From NCBI GenBank assembly GCA_964016885.1, contig OZ024743.1:204414001-204478000 (forward strand): a DNA stretch of 64,000 nucleotides, given 5' to 3'. The notes beneath the pieces are model-generated. The model saw only the letters and a list, made by a program, of their open reading frames with translations. It was not told the DNA's origin and made no database searches. This document shows, one piece after another, positions 25,276 to 38,789 of this stretch (positions are counted from its first letter, which is position 1; each line of letters begins with the position of its first letter). The stretch is from Eledone cirrhosa (lineage: Eukaryota). The translations under genes were made by a program, and so were the position numbers.

Positions 25276-26005
25276 TAAACAGAATAATTTTTGAAGCTTG
25301 TTTCTTTCCCCTGGTTAGCCTTACTCTGTTGTTCTCCTGTCTCACTCGCTTTACGCGTTTTAATTGTCCTAATAACTTATTTTGGTTATTATTGCACCGA
25401 CGTGAGGTATATGATTTTTAATGCATGAAATATCTATGATCTTCGGCAAATCACTGATGAGGGACTCATTTTATTACATGTTATCCATGTGCTACCTGCA
25501 GTATTTTTCTCTATATTTTATTACATATATTTACCACTGCGATTCTGTGTTTTTTTCTCTCTCTCTTACTGTTCCCCCATTCTCTCTGTTTCTCCCCCTC
25601 TGTCATGTCAGTTAACTCTTCCTCACACTTTCACTCACTCACTATTTCTCTCTCTTCTCTTCATTTCATCCTGTACACCACGAAAGCTATTTTTCTCTCT
25701 CCGCTCATAGCCTTCGCTCGTGTATTGTCTGTTCTAAAAGCGCTCATATATTCACCTAGCTTATGCTAAACAGAATAATTTTTGAAGCTTGTTTCTTTCC
25801 CCTGGTTAGCCTTACTCTGTTGTTCTCCTGTCTCACTCGCTTTACGCGTTTTAATTGTCCTAATAACTTATTTTGGTTATTATTGCACCGACGTGAGGTA
25901 TATGATTTTTAATGCATGAAATATCTATGATCTTCGGCAAATCACTGATGAGGGACTCATTTTATTACATGTTATCCATGTGCTACCTGCAGTATTTTTC
26001 TCTCT
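25276..26005 (+). mobile_element. Retrozyme-like tandem unit, 491-bp period, ~1.5 monomers, in (TA)n
   Basis: 25276-25511 is repeated 491 bp later; homologous to 40010-40893 (-); carries a hammerhead-core motif. Confidence 0.7.
25366..25465 (+). ncRNA. Candidate type II hammerhead with four-way junction (second copy 25857-25956)
   Basis: GUCCU|AAUAAC..GUUAUU|AUUGCA..UGCAU|GAAA UAUC UA|UGAU..AUCA|CUGAUGA|GGGAC; loops CCGA/UCGG are complementary. Confidence 0.5.
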
Positions 26006-26147
26006 CTATATATATATATATATAGGAGGTGAGTTTTATTGTAGTACAATAAAGCAATGCAGATATCGGATAAGAAGCACTCTACAGTTTGTAGGACTGG
26101 AGTATACATAATATATAAGATCAAAAGATGGTCAAATGAGTTCCATG

Positions 26148-26218
26148 TATTTTATTATGCGCATTTCAAAAACAAATATCATCATCCAATAACATTTGTG
26201 TTTTCATCAGATAAAATA
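26148..26218 (-). ncRNA. Canonical type I hammerhead ribozyme
   Basis: UAUUUUAU-CUGAUGA-AAACACAAAUGUUAU...AUGAUAUUUGUUUUU-GAAA-UGCGCA-UA-AUAAAAUA (8-bp stem I). Confidence 0.85.
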
Positions 26219-26269
26219 GGAGGACATGATATGAAGGTTAAAAACACTTGTGGATAGTGCAGTTTTAAA

Positions 26270-27514
26270 TCAACATAACCTAAAAATTGAATTTGATAAC
26301 AGCATCAAACTAGCCAATTTCTTGGATGTATCTCTTAATCTTGACACTGGCCTATATTACACTTACCATAAAAAGAATGAGAACCTAAATTATGTTAATT
26401 TTAAATCTAACCACCCTACTAATATTAAGAATGCTATAGTTAGTAATATTGGAAAAAGAATATCTAACCTATCTTCTAATAAAAACATCTTCGATGCTAA
26501 CGCCAATTACTATAATAACGCGCTTTCTAAAGCCGGCTATCCTGATAAAATCAAATATAATAACGAAACAAATTCTAGAAGATCTTACAGTAGAATAATT
26601 AATCATGATCATTCCAATAACTTTAATAAAAGACCTAGATACAAAAACATAATCTGGTATAATGCTCCTTTCTCCATCTCTATTAATAATAATATTCCTA
26701 AATTATTCTTTAGTGCCTTAAATAAATGCTTCCCCCCTCACATATCTATAGTAAAATATTTAACAAACACACTATAAAATTTTCCTATTCGACATCCTCC
26801 AACATTTCCAACATTATCTCTAAACACAACAATAAAATACTAAATACTAAATATCTTCCTTCCAACACTGAACATCATAATAATAGTAATAGTACTCCCG
26901 ACGTCATTGTAAACCCTAGGCTACTTTCTGCAAACCCAAATACAACGTCAAACACAACTTCGCTAAATGTTCCTAATCCCATTCTAAATCAAGAAACTAT
27001 TATTCCTATCGCAAATAACTTCGCCAATCCAATTCCTTCTATAGATAACACTAGGTCACTCGTTAATAATCTCTCTAATCGCAATTGCAATTGCCGTGCT
27101 AAAAATAAATGTCCTCTCAACAACCATTGTCTTGATAAAAACTTAATTTACGAATGTAAAGTTATAACTGACACCAATTCCTTCACCTATTTTGGCTCCA
27201 CTTCCACCTCCTTTAAAGCTCGTCTTTATAATCATCATTCGTCTTTTAAATATAAACTTAACAGAACCAACACGGCTCTCTCAGAACTCATATGGTCCTT
27301 GAAAGACAAAAATATAAAATATAACATCTCTTGGAAAAAGGTTTCCTCTGCTTCTTCACACTTGAACAGTTCTCTATCCAAGACTTGCAATCTCTGTCTA
27401 AATGAAAAAGTTACCATTATATCTAATTTAGATTCTATAATAAATAGACGCACTGACTTGTTTTCTATCTGCTTGCATAAATTCCACAAAACTTTCCATA
27501 AAGTATACAGCTAA
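26270..27514 (+). pseudogene. 5'-truncated, frameshifted PLE RT-end + GIY-YIG
   Basis: NFLDVSLNL, SNHP, WYNAPF, CNCRAKNKCPL, NLIYEC..YFGST, FKARLYNH; frameshift near 26735. Confidence 0.88.
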
Positions 27515-28094
27515 TATCCTAAATTTATCAATTCAGAATCCTCTTCTCAAAGGCACATATATATATATATATATATATATATACTTCTTTAAAAATATAC
27601 CCATCTTTCTACCTTATTTCAAAGTTATTTATTATATTCTATATTACTGCTCTTCATCACTTCCCTTTCTTCCTTTTCCTTTTCTTTTCTTTTTCTTTTA
27701 ATTTCTAACCCCTAATCTGTACCTTTTCTCACTGTGCCTAACATAGAAACAATTATTACACAATACACTATATTCTTACTTTATATCACCTTGAAAAAAT
27801 CCTTCGTAAACATAAACATTTTTTTTACGTTAGATGATTCATCCTCTATTCTTTATTTTTTCTCACTTTCATCTAACTTATTCATGCTCATCTCACAATA
27901 TATCCTTACTTACGTTACTTCTGTTTTTTTAATAATACATATCAACATTTTCTTTCCATCGCACATATTATTAAACCCTTAAATATTATTCTTAATACAT
28001 ATTAACAATTTCTTTTCATCGCACATATTATTAAACCCTTCAATATACAAACCTTAAGTTTACATTATTTTTCTCTTCGTTAATTTTCAAATTC

Positions 28095-28150
28095 TAGAGA
28101 GCCCTTAAGGATATATATAAACGTTTATATATATCCTTAAGGGCTCTCTA
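28095..28150. repeat. Perfect 56-bp palindrome at the 5' junction of a pseudo-LTR
   Basis: tagagagcccttaaggatatatataaac|gtttatatatatccttaagggctctcta. Confidence 0.9.
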
Positions 28151-28857
28151 AAATTTTAATTCTTCGAAGGGTCTCTCGGAGGAAGCTCCTATTAAAAATA
28201 TTAAAGGGGCCTTTTCTGAGAGATTTATTGAAGGCTCTTTGAATTAACCTTTAATTGATTAGTTTCTTTCAACTTAGTAGGGAATATCAAAACCTCGTAA
28301 GTTTTCTGAAATTTGTTAACGTGATCTCGGGGGAAGAAAGTTTTTTTCTTTCGAAAAAAATTTTTTTCTATCGAAGGAATTTCTTAGCAAACTTTATATT
28401 TTTAGGGAAACTCTATATTTTTATTTTTTTATTTTTTTATTTTATTTTATTAGCCTCTTAATTTCTCCTAGTTTATTAGGTTTATTGGAGCCTGTAAGCT
28501 TTATGCACTTATTGAGGGATTTTTTAAGGTGCTTCTATGGGATCCCAAGTCTTCTAATTTAATCTTTACTTTTAATGCGTAAATCATATATTATCTAATT
28601 TCTAACCTTCAATCCCTGACCCCGACAACTAATATAAAAGAGCCCCCTTAGAATATAGACCCCAACTATACAAGCGAAGCTGCTGATGTATACCACAATT
28701 TCAAACTGCTAGTCTTGAGTGATACGTTGATGTAAATAATGATCTTACAATCAAATGTTATATGCCTTGAAAAGTCCCACCATATGGTCGGACGAAACGG
28801 CTGTCGGCAATAAACTTGTTATAATGTCATAATAGTTCCTTTGTTCTTTTTCACTAA
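28138..28857 (+). repeat. PLE pseudo-LTR, homologous to 7375-8048
   Basis: Direct similarity; HHR; ends in (TA)n. Confidence 0.8.
28763..28809 (+). ncRNA. Minimal hammerhead ribozyme, U3-A8 core
   Basis: UGCC-UUGAAAA-GUCC...GGAC-GAAA-CGGCUG-UC-GGCA. Confidence 0.78.
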
Positions 28858-28932
28858 TATATATATATATATGTATTATATATATATATATATGTATGTA
28901 TTATATATATATATATATATATAATATATATG

Positions 28933-29004
<72 letters not shown>

Positions 29005-29057
29005 GTGTATTATATATATATATTTATATATATATATGTGTATTATATATATATATT

Positions 29058-29088
<31 letters not shown>

Positions 29089-29109
29089 GTATTATATATA
29101 TATATGTAT

Positions 29110-29143
<34 letters not shown>

Positions 29144-29144
29144 G

Positions 29145-29178
<34 letters not shown>

Positions 29179-29612
29179 CATATATATATAATACATATAT
29201 ATATATAATACATATATATATAATACATATACATATAATACATATATATATAATACATATATAATAATACATATATACATAATATAATACACATATAATA
29301 TACATATAATATAATACATATATATATAATAAATATATATAATATATATGTATTATATATATGTATTATATATATATATGTATTATATATATATATGTAT
29401 TATATGTATATGTATTATATATATATGTATTATATATATATTATATATATATATATGTATTATATATATATGTATTATATATATATGTATTATATGTATA
29501 TGTATTATATATATATGTATTATATATATATTATATATATATATATGTATTATATATATATGTATTATATATATATGTATTATATATATATGTATTATAT
29601 ATATCTATTCTT

Positions 29613-29643
<31 letters not shown>

Positions 29644-29674
29644 TATGTATATATATGTATTATATATATATATG

Positions 29675-29729
<55 letters not shown>

Positions 29730-29816
29730 TATATATATATATGTATTATATATATATATATGTATTATATATATATGTATTATATATATGTATATATATA
29801 TATGTATATATATAAG

Positions 29817-29878
<62 letters not shown>

Positions 29879-29880
29879 TG

Positions 29881-29914
<34 letters not shown>

Positions 29915-30021
29915 TGTATAATATATATATATGCATATATATATATATATATATGTCTTATATATATATGTATTATATATATATATGTATGTATTATATA
30001 TATATGTATTATATATATATG

Positions 30022-30071
<50 letters not shown>

Positions 30072-30212
30072 GTATATATATATATGTATATATATATATG
30101 TATATACATATATATGCATTATATATATATGTATTATATATATATATATATATATATATGTATTATATATATATATGTATGTATTATATATATATATATA
30201 ATATGTATGTAT

Positions 30213-30249
<37 letters not shown>

Positions 30250-30270
30250 ATGTATTATATATATATGTAT

Positions 30271-30303
<33 letters not shown>

Positions 30304-30347
30304 ATATGTATTATATATTATATGTATTATATATATATATATATATG

Positions 30348-30407
<60 letters not shown>

Positions 30408-30463
30408 TTATATATATATATATGTATGTATTATATATATATATATATATAATATGTATGTAT

Positions 30464-30498
<35 letters not shown>

Positions 30499-30516
30499 AT
30501 GTATTATATATATATG

Positions 30517-30577
<61 letters not shown>

Positions 30578-30624
30578 GTATTATATATATATATATATTT
30601 ATATATATATGTATTATATATATG

Positions 30625-30681
<57 letters not shown>

Positions 30682-30682
30682 G

Positions 30683-30720
<38 letters not shown>

Positions 30721-30860
30721 CATATATATATATAATACATATATATATAATACATATACATATAATACATATATACATGATACATATATAATAATACATA
30801 TATATATAATATAATACACATATAATATACATATAATATAATACATATATTTTTTAATAA

Positions 30861-30907
<47 letters not shown>

Positions 30908-31151
30908 TATATATATGTATTATATATATGTATTATATATATATATGTATTATATATATATATGTATTATATATATATATGTATTATATGTATATGTATT
31001 ATATATATATGTATTATATATATATGTATTATATATATATTATATATATATATATGTATTATATATATATGTGTTATATATATATGTATTATATATATAT
31101 GTATTATATATATACGTATTATATATATATGTATTATATATATGTATTACA

Positions 31152-31182
<31 letters not shown>

Positions 31183-31256
31183 GTATTATATATATGTATG
31201 TATTATATATATATGTATTATATATATATGTATTATATATATATATATATATATAC
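28857..31256. repeat. 2.4-kb complex (TA)n/TATGTAT satellite
   Basis: Direct. Confidence 0.95.
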
Positions 31257-34200
31257 AGTATTTATGTATCGAGAGAGAGAAAGACAGGGGCCGATAGGTG
31301 ATACATATAGTTATTTGCCAAGTAGCGTATGCCATAGTTGCTCGATACTAGTGTCGACAGTATTAAATATTCGAAGTGTTAATATTTAGTGGGTTAGAGA
31401 GTTAGCAGAGCGTAAGCACGTGGAAAAGTAAGAAATCGGAGAATAGACCGTTAAAACATGTTTATTTAAAACAGCACCTACGTACGTTTCGCCCAGTTTG
31501 GCTTCTCAAGGGCATAAATAAGCAAAAGCGTTCCTTACGTTGCTCGGAAAGAATTTTTGGGGTTAAATTCACGTCACGGTTCATTGCTCGCAAAAATAGC
31601 TTGTTTTGATTTTGCAGCAGGTCAAGGGAGGTAACCCTGGCCGTTGTTAGGGCAGTCTTTCACGGACAAATTTTTATCTGTTACATGATGAGGTTACAAC
31701 TTACAATTCTCGATACGCACAGGGTCATGTAACCAACGCTTATTTTGAGACGTTTGTTTTTCCGCACCTGTTTGTCTGGGTCGTTAGAGGCTGGGTCTGG
31801 TATGCATGGTTAGTTTCCTGGGTGTTATTTTGCAGCGCCTGCCGCCGGGGTGTTAAAACTTGTTGCAACGAGATCCAGTGCACGGTTTCACTCCTCATCC
31901 TTAACCCATCTGAAGAAGGATATTTTTAAGCGATGTGTAACTTATCGCTGTTTCAGCTCTGCTGTTGATTAGCTCGTAGGGTGCAGTTATGATGTGGTAG
32001 AGCTCCATGAGGCAAAGATCGCACTTCCTCTTGAAGTTGTACAGTGCAGCCCTGCCGACAATATCCCAGTGCGTGGAGAAGCTGATGTTTAATTCCTTTA
32101 GTGATGTGATTTAGTCCGCGAGCAAAGTGGAGTGTCTTAGTTTTTTATTTGTGAAAGAGTGGAGATGTGTTCGAAACCTAATTTTAAACGGGCCGGAGGT
32201 AGCCCTATATAATGTTTAACGCTATTGTGGCTAGTTACAGTGCATCTATATATAACCTTATCAGTCAAGCAATATCCTCTAAGGGGGCAGCGTCCTCTGT
32301 CGCGGCAGTTGCAATTTCTGTCGCGGTTCCATCTATTTCCCACGGTAAGCCTATCATTGCTGCTGCCTATGTTATTACCTACGCTCCCGCAGCTGTCGTT
32401 AGCACCATTACAACCCACAGTACGCGGGGTGGTGTGATTGTTATTCCGCACGTCACGTCCTGCATGTTCCCCAGTCATTTCGCGGTTATGTTGGTTGCAA
32501 CTGCGGAGGGCGTTGCCAGCACTATTGGATGCTGCTAGGGAGTTGTTAAGGCCGATATAGTTATTGTCAGGTGTAGGTGCGTCTGTGTCGAGGTGCTGTG
32601 TCTTGGTGATCATACTGTGGTTCGTTGTTCCTATGATGTCTGCTAGGTTAGGAGTAGTAGAGAAGGATATTTTTATATTGTTCCTATTAAGAATTTTTCT
32701 ATACCTATGGTTGGGCGGGAAGTTCTTCTCTAAGGAAGAATATCCGGGGTATGTTGGAGGCCACACTCCGAGAGTAGGGGGGGAACCATAGGACGTTAAG
32801 GTGGCGATTACGTGTCCTTGTACGTTTGCTATGGGTAGTTCCATCTAGGTGACCGCTCTTATGTATGTTAATGCGCTGTAGCCCGTTAGGTGCCCCTTTC
32901 ACTTTATGCTCGGGTGCACTCTTCTTCCATCTTCCATGTTTATGTACAGGAAAATGTTGATTGGAAAGCGTTGGTAGTAGGCCGTCGCCTTTGTTGGTTT
33001 TGTAGTAGGGGAATAGTTCGAGTAATCTACAGTGGTCACCGTCGCCGGGGTCGTGATCTTTAGTGCGATTATCTATTCTATTATATCCGACTTCAACGAG
33101 GTCGCCGCGTGATCGGTTATAGGTATGGCTTACTATAACGTTCGTTTTATGAGGGGGTAGTATCTAGAGCTAGCGTTAGGGATGTAGGACATTCCTCGGT
33201 TAAAGCCGGCGCTTATCAAGGCCCTATTGTAGTAATCTGCCGCTTGGTTGAAGATATCCTCATTGGCGGATAGCCTCGAGATTCTATGTGAGATACTAGT
33301 ATAGACTATGGAGTTTAGAGTCTGCTTAGGGTGGTCGCAGGCATAATTAATATAAGAGAGGCACTCTCCAGGCTTATGGTATGGCTTGTATAAGCCCGTA
33401 CTCAACTCCAGGGTCACGTCCAGCAAGTTGACAACCTTGTGGTTGAGGTCCATAGTTACGGATAGGCCATATGACTTGAAGAACCTGTGTATATGTTTGT
33501 TAACGTTCTCTATCCTACGGGGGCTATGGTTCCTAACGGTAAACAGGGTGTCGTCCCTATATACACCTCCTTGCAGGGCCGGTATCTCGTCTCTAAGCTA
33601 TGTAGGAGGTATATCCCGAGCAGGTCAGTTGCTTGCGCTGAGTCACTGGACCCCATCGTGACATCGAAGTTATCAGGACGGTTGGTTCTGGTCCAGTGGG
33701 AGCCTTCGAACTGGATAATGGTTCTACGCACGGCTAGAACTATGTCTATTTCTTTTTTAGTGAGGCTAGTGTTAGATTTAGCTAAGATGAGTACCTTATT
33801 TAAGAGTATGGGGGAGATAGAGGCGTAGTAATTATCTATGTCAAACTGGATGATCTTCAGGGTCGCTTTATCCGGCAACTCGGTGAACCAATTTATGACC
33901 TGGTCGGTGTTGCCCCAGAGGCAGACCTTAGCCTTTCTATTAACCTCCAGTAGTACTCTGTCGAGGATCACTTTATTAATCTTACCTATATCAGATGTAG
34001 AGGGGCATATTAGTCTAATAGAGGGGCTTTCATTAAAGTTACATTTGTGATACTTAAGAGAGAATCTAGGCGTCAGAGGGACGTACGGGTTAGTGTACTT
34101 TTCTATTTCTAAGCTGGTGACTATATCCTTCCCCACTCTATTTATGTCATTTAGGGTAGTAGAGGGTCTCTTTTTGTAGTCTTTGTGTAGTTCCTTATAG
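31257..34200 (-). mobile_element. Degraded Penelope-like element (RT, GIY-YIG, pseudo-LTR)
   Basis: RLICPSTSDIG, FDIDNYY, FDVTMGSSDSAQ, NLLDVTL, CNCRDRGRCPL, VIYRC..HYIG; several frameshifts. Confidence 0.88.
31474..31513 (-). ncRNA. Minimal hammerhead ribozyme, U3-A8 core
   Basis: GCCC-UUGAGAA-GCC AAACUG GGC-GAAA-CGUACG-UA-GGUGC. Confidence 0.72.
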
Positions 34201-34235
34201 CTGAATATTTTATACTTACTCGAGTAAGTATAAAA

Positions 34236-35835
34236 CGAACACGCACCTCATTACAACCAAGCCCTCAAGCGGAGTGGCTTCCGGGAGGAAATATCCTTTT
34301 ATCCAGCTTCCCTTAGCGAATCCAGCAGGCGACACCGCCGCTCACGCAACGTAACCGTGGTTCAATCCTCCCCATAATGCCAAGGTGGCAACACCTATCG
34401 GGAAAATCTTCTTTAGACTCCTCGAAAAACACTTCCCACTACAACACCGCTACAACAACATAATCAACAAAAACACTATTAAACTGTCCTACAGCACCAC
34501 ACCTAACTTCGCACAAAACGTCGTCTCCTCAAACAACAAAAAACTCAACCCCTATGGAAGAAATAACCTAGACATCAGTGGAGAGCCGACCAGGAGGTAT
34601 AACTGCCCTGATAGATCTACGTTCCCCCTCAACAACAAATTTCGAGAACGTAACGTGATCTACCAGTGCAACGTGAGGAGGGACACGTCCAACAAAGCTT
34701 ATATAGGATTAACCGCGTGTGACTTCAAGACCCGGCTCTACCAACACCAACATAATTTCCGAAACCCGGTCCGGCGACATGCCACTACACTTTCGGGCCA
34801 CATCTGGGACCTCCAAGATAATAATATAACCTACAATCTCACTTTGAGCATAATGTCCAAAGCTAACTCTTACACGGGGGGACACCGTCCATGTAGCTTA
34901 TGCTCGGATGAAACATAACAAATGCTGTTTTCGAAGAATCAACTCCTAAACAAGAAAGAGGAACTGGTAACCGCATGCAAACACAGATTGCGTAGGACTT
35001 ATCTCGCCCTCAAACCCCATAACGACCCGGGTGGTTAGACAAGGGCTGGTACCCCCCTACTTGCAGAATAAGTTAGGGGAAACCCCAGCTTACTTAGATA
35101 TATGTATCTCTTTTCTTTTTTTTTCCTCTTTCTCTTCTTCCCCCTGTCTCATCCTATCACTTCCTTCCACCCCCTATTTTCTCCCACGTCTGCTTTTCCC
35201 CTTTCGCCTACCCCGATGCAGCCCATCGGGCCTCTGTAGCATCAGTTCCCCCACCCCTGTAATTTTAAGATAGAATTGGCCGAATACGTTTTACTAACTA
35301 TTTATAGCAGACGTGTTGAACCCCTTTAATTCTGTATCAGTTCTGGTACTACTCAATTTCTACAAGTTTTTTTCTATTCTCAACTTATTAACCTATAATT
35401 GTAAGATAGCATTGTGATTTCTTTATTCATTTCTCACTATCTAATTTTATATATTTTTTTATTTATTTCTATTATCTTTTATTATCTCCTACTCTCATTC
35501 GATTTACCTATTCTATAACCTCCCTCCTCCACTTCATACACTATCCTTAGAATCTACTGTATACATATCACTTTCAACGCTTGACCGCTCCACTCACTCC
35601 CCTATTGTTCTACAGGCAAGTTCAGTCACCCCTACCTCCCACCAAATGCCATGATAGACTTATTTGTGTTTACAACAAATTTTAACCAATCCTCTTGACA
35701 ACTACAATCTTCCCATATAAGGAAGTAACCCCTTGAAAAGTTCGGCTCTTTATTCACCAGGCTAAAAATTCTAATTTAGTCCAGAAATAGCCGTCGAAAC
35801 GGCTTGAGCTCTGCCGTCGGGGTCATACTTTTTCC
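34236..35835 (+). mobile_element. 5'-truncated PLE (GIY-YIG + pseudo-LTR), related to 3564-5865
   Basis: ORF 34385..34918 closely resembles 5006..5743; ends in (TA)n. Confidence 0.85.
35728..35823 (+). ncRNA. Type I hammerhead ribozyme, U3-A8 core
   Basis: ACCCC-UUGAAAA-(CGGCU...AGCCG)-GAAA-CGGC UUGAGCUCU GCCG-UC-GGGGU. Confidence 0.75.
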
Positions 35836-35935
<100 letters not shown>

Positions 35936-36096
35936 ATCGGAGAAAGCTAATAGCGATACTCCGGCCAAATTCCAACTCACTCAACAAACATTAGGAAATA
36001 TCTGAGTATATTCCCAATTATGGGGTGCTAACTATATTGTATTGTGTGGATAATTGGCTGTATTATTTCATATGAGATATATCAAATATATCATTT

Positions 36097-36219
36097 CCCA
36101 GACGACTCGTTTCATTATAAGATTTCTACAAGTTGGGTGAAAATATACCAAGTTATGTAGAAGCATGTATAAGATCAACAGATACTTATTCAAGTGGGCT
36201 CTTATACATCTTCAGTGGG
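36097..36219 (-). ncRNA. Type I hammerhead with long/branched stem II
   Basis: CCCA-CUGAAGA-(UAUAAGA...UCUUAUA)-GAAA-CGAGUCG-UC-UGGG. Confidence 0.7.
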
Positions 36220-36403
36220 TAATATATAATTATGATTAAAAATTTAATAAGGTTCAATGAACTCCTCAATGAATAAAGTTTCACAATAGATTATAAGCAC
36301 TCAACAAAAGGTTTTCTGGAGTGTATTTATATATATATACTGTATATATATATATATATCCCAGAAAAAAGAGAATCAGTGTTGCGACGAAAGGAATTTA
36401 TTG

Positions 36404-36498
36404 GACATATTACAATTGTTTCTCGGGCGACCAGCTCGAGGCACGATCGATTTGGTTATCAAACCTGACTCTGAACTCACGCGGTCCTCGGATACGTC
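36404..36498 (-). ncRNA. Hammerhead variant with CCGAGGA core
   Basis: GACGUAU-CCGAGGA-...-GAAA-CAAUUG-UA-AUAUGUC (7-bp stem I) then AAUAAA. Confidence 0.6.
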
Positions 36499-36823
36499 TT
36501 GATTCCACGAAGCAGATTTTCCTAATGTCCTTTAACATCGAATTTCTTCGCTTGTTGGTTTAGATCCTGTTGTTGTCATTCCATGAGTGGTCAAGAATTG
36601 TACACTTCACCGGTATTTCTAGCCACTCATGGTTGCCCACTTCTTGATTCTTCTCGTTCTCCACCTGTTAATCAAAATTTCTTCATATATCAGAATTACT
36701 ATTGTGCTGGCATCAGAATTACTACTGAACGGCTGGCATCACATCGACGTCTTCATTGCCCCTAGGCGCCTTTGTCTCCATCGGTCAGGTACACACCCGC
36801 AATTATGCTGTATACGGCAGTCA

Positions 36824-37807
36824 TCTATATATATAAAACTGTGGTTGTCTGTCTATCTATCGATTTTTGGCACACATCTCCTCTTAGAATCTCTCACGGA
36901 ATTGCACCGAAATTGCTATACTTGTACATTGAGCCCTAGCGAAGACATCGGAAAAAAAAATTTCAAATTGACCCACCCTATGTGACGAAATCGAATATAA
37001 TGTATCGATTTTTGAGCGTAAGTTATCAGTTATTTCCCTTTGTTCTGTTTACATTGAGCGTCTTACGTAAAAAATTACGCTGGCTTTCTCAGCGTTTAAA
37101 ATGACATTAACACAATACACGAACAGTTGTCGAGCCAGCAAAATATTGACCTGCAAAATTCATCAGTTCGAACACTAAGCTTCCGTTTTGCTTCATTTCC
37201 ATTTAAAAGCATTTTAAAACAATATTTTTACTTGAAAACAAGTCTATTTAAAGACTACGTAAAACAAGCAAATATTTCGTCGTTATGCGTGCAGACAGAC
37301 AGTCGTGCAGACAGACAGTCGTGCAGAGAGGTGATATACGCGTGCAGACAGACAGTCGTGCAGAGAGGTGATATAGGCGTGCAGACAGATAGTCGTGCAG
37401 AGAGGTGATATAGGCGTGCAGACAGACAGTCGTGCAGAGAGGTGATATAGGCGTGCAGACAGACAGTCGTGCAGAGAGGTGATATAGGCGTGCAGACAGA
37501 CATAACTGATAATTTGGTTACGCTAATGTTTTTCTCTGCGTTGCAGTGTTTACATTTTCGATCTTTGTTAATAAATAACCAGTGCAGTTTCTATCCCCAG
37601 CATCCTCTTTTGTTATAACATTCGGGTTATCGTTATGTTTTCTTAACTTCATAAGGCATATTGTTGGTTGAGGGAATATTAATCAAAAACACCACATGCA
37701 AGTCTGCACAGTAGACACTACAGTTTTTAAGCCAAGAAAGAAACTTAACATTGTAACTTTAACACAGCTACTGAGCGACCCCGAGCAACGCCGGGCTTTA
37801 CTGCTAG
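36824..37807 (+). mobile_element. Non-autonomous Helitron with internal 37-bp minisatellite
   Basis: 5' TCTATATATATAAAA, 3' hairpin cccgagcaacgccggg + CTAG, inserted between A and T; second copy at 46367-47233. Confidence 0.88.
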
Positions 37808-38546
37808 TCATAAATAATGTTTGGCGAGATTTTTTTTTAAAAACAAATCGTAGGGATATTTAGCATAACATTTGTAGGACACAACCTAAAAATACCCTCC
37901 ACCATACATATTTCAAAAAGAAAAAGATAAAGAAAAACCTGTGTTAACAACGTTTTAAAAAAGAAAGCTTTCAACAGCCTTTCAAACAGAAGTGCTATAT
38001 CAAAGGTGTTTTCAACAAATACACACAATTCTACACTCACACACTGGACTCGCGCATAGCCAAGACGACGCATATATATATAGACAGATGAGAAAAGAAA
38101 AAACCATGGAAAGTCATCCGTACCCCCACGCAGACATGCTCAGACAAATACATCGACCCAGGCATGCGCACACCCGTGCTCAAGTATGTCTGTATGGACA
38201 CGCATACATACATGCCCCCGTGTGCTCCCACGCCGAAGGCATATACTTGATGAGTACCCCTCATACGTCTTCCCACGCGCCGCTGCGCAGATGGTGCACA
38301 CAGTATTGTATGAGACAACGCATTTGAGGCTTTGACCCAACCCGATCACGTGGCGGTGTGAGTCCGAAAGTGCCTGCACAATATGCCTAAATGTTAAGGC
38401 AGCACAATATCCCTGTACTAATCGCATATACTGTGGGTGGCACATATATTTTTTAAAAACTGTACGTACATAACATAAAATAATGAAATAATATACAATA
38501 ATAAAATAAAATAGATTATTTTATTATTTCATTATTTTATGTTATG

Positions 38547-38720
38547 GCAGGTGAATTGTCAGTATCGGGAGAGGGTCTGACATGCATAGCCACGTCCCTT
38601 TACGATCTGAGTTCAAATCCCGCCGAGGTTAACTTTGCCTTTCATCCTTACGGGGTCGATAAAATATAGTACCAGTAATGTACTGGGATAATTGCTGGCC
38701 TTGTGCCAAAAGAAGAAACA
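38547..38720 (+). mobile_element. tRNA-derived SINE with 16-bp target-site duplication
   Basis: Same family as 17390; attattttatgttatg at 38531-38546 and 38721-38736. Confidence 0.85.
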
Positions 38721-38789
38721 ATTATTTTATGTTATGTACGTACAGGTTTATTTTATATACTCGAATCCAGGCATACTCGAATCCTGGAT

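Noticed and set aside
28896-31389. Many YIYI/ICIY-type ORFs (also at 10.7-11.1, 23.4-25.4 and 44-45 kb)
   Set aside because: Translations of (TA)n/(TG)n microsatellites
37287-37501. 37-bp repeats superficially like a CRISPR array
   Set aside because: Contiguous tandem units with no unique spacers, no cas genes, inside a Helitron
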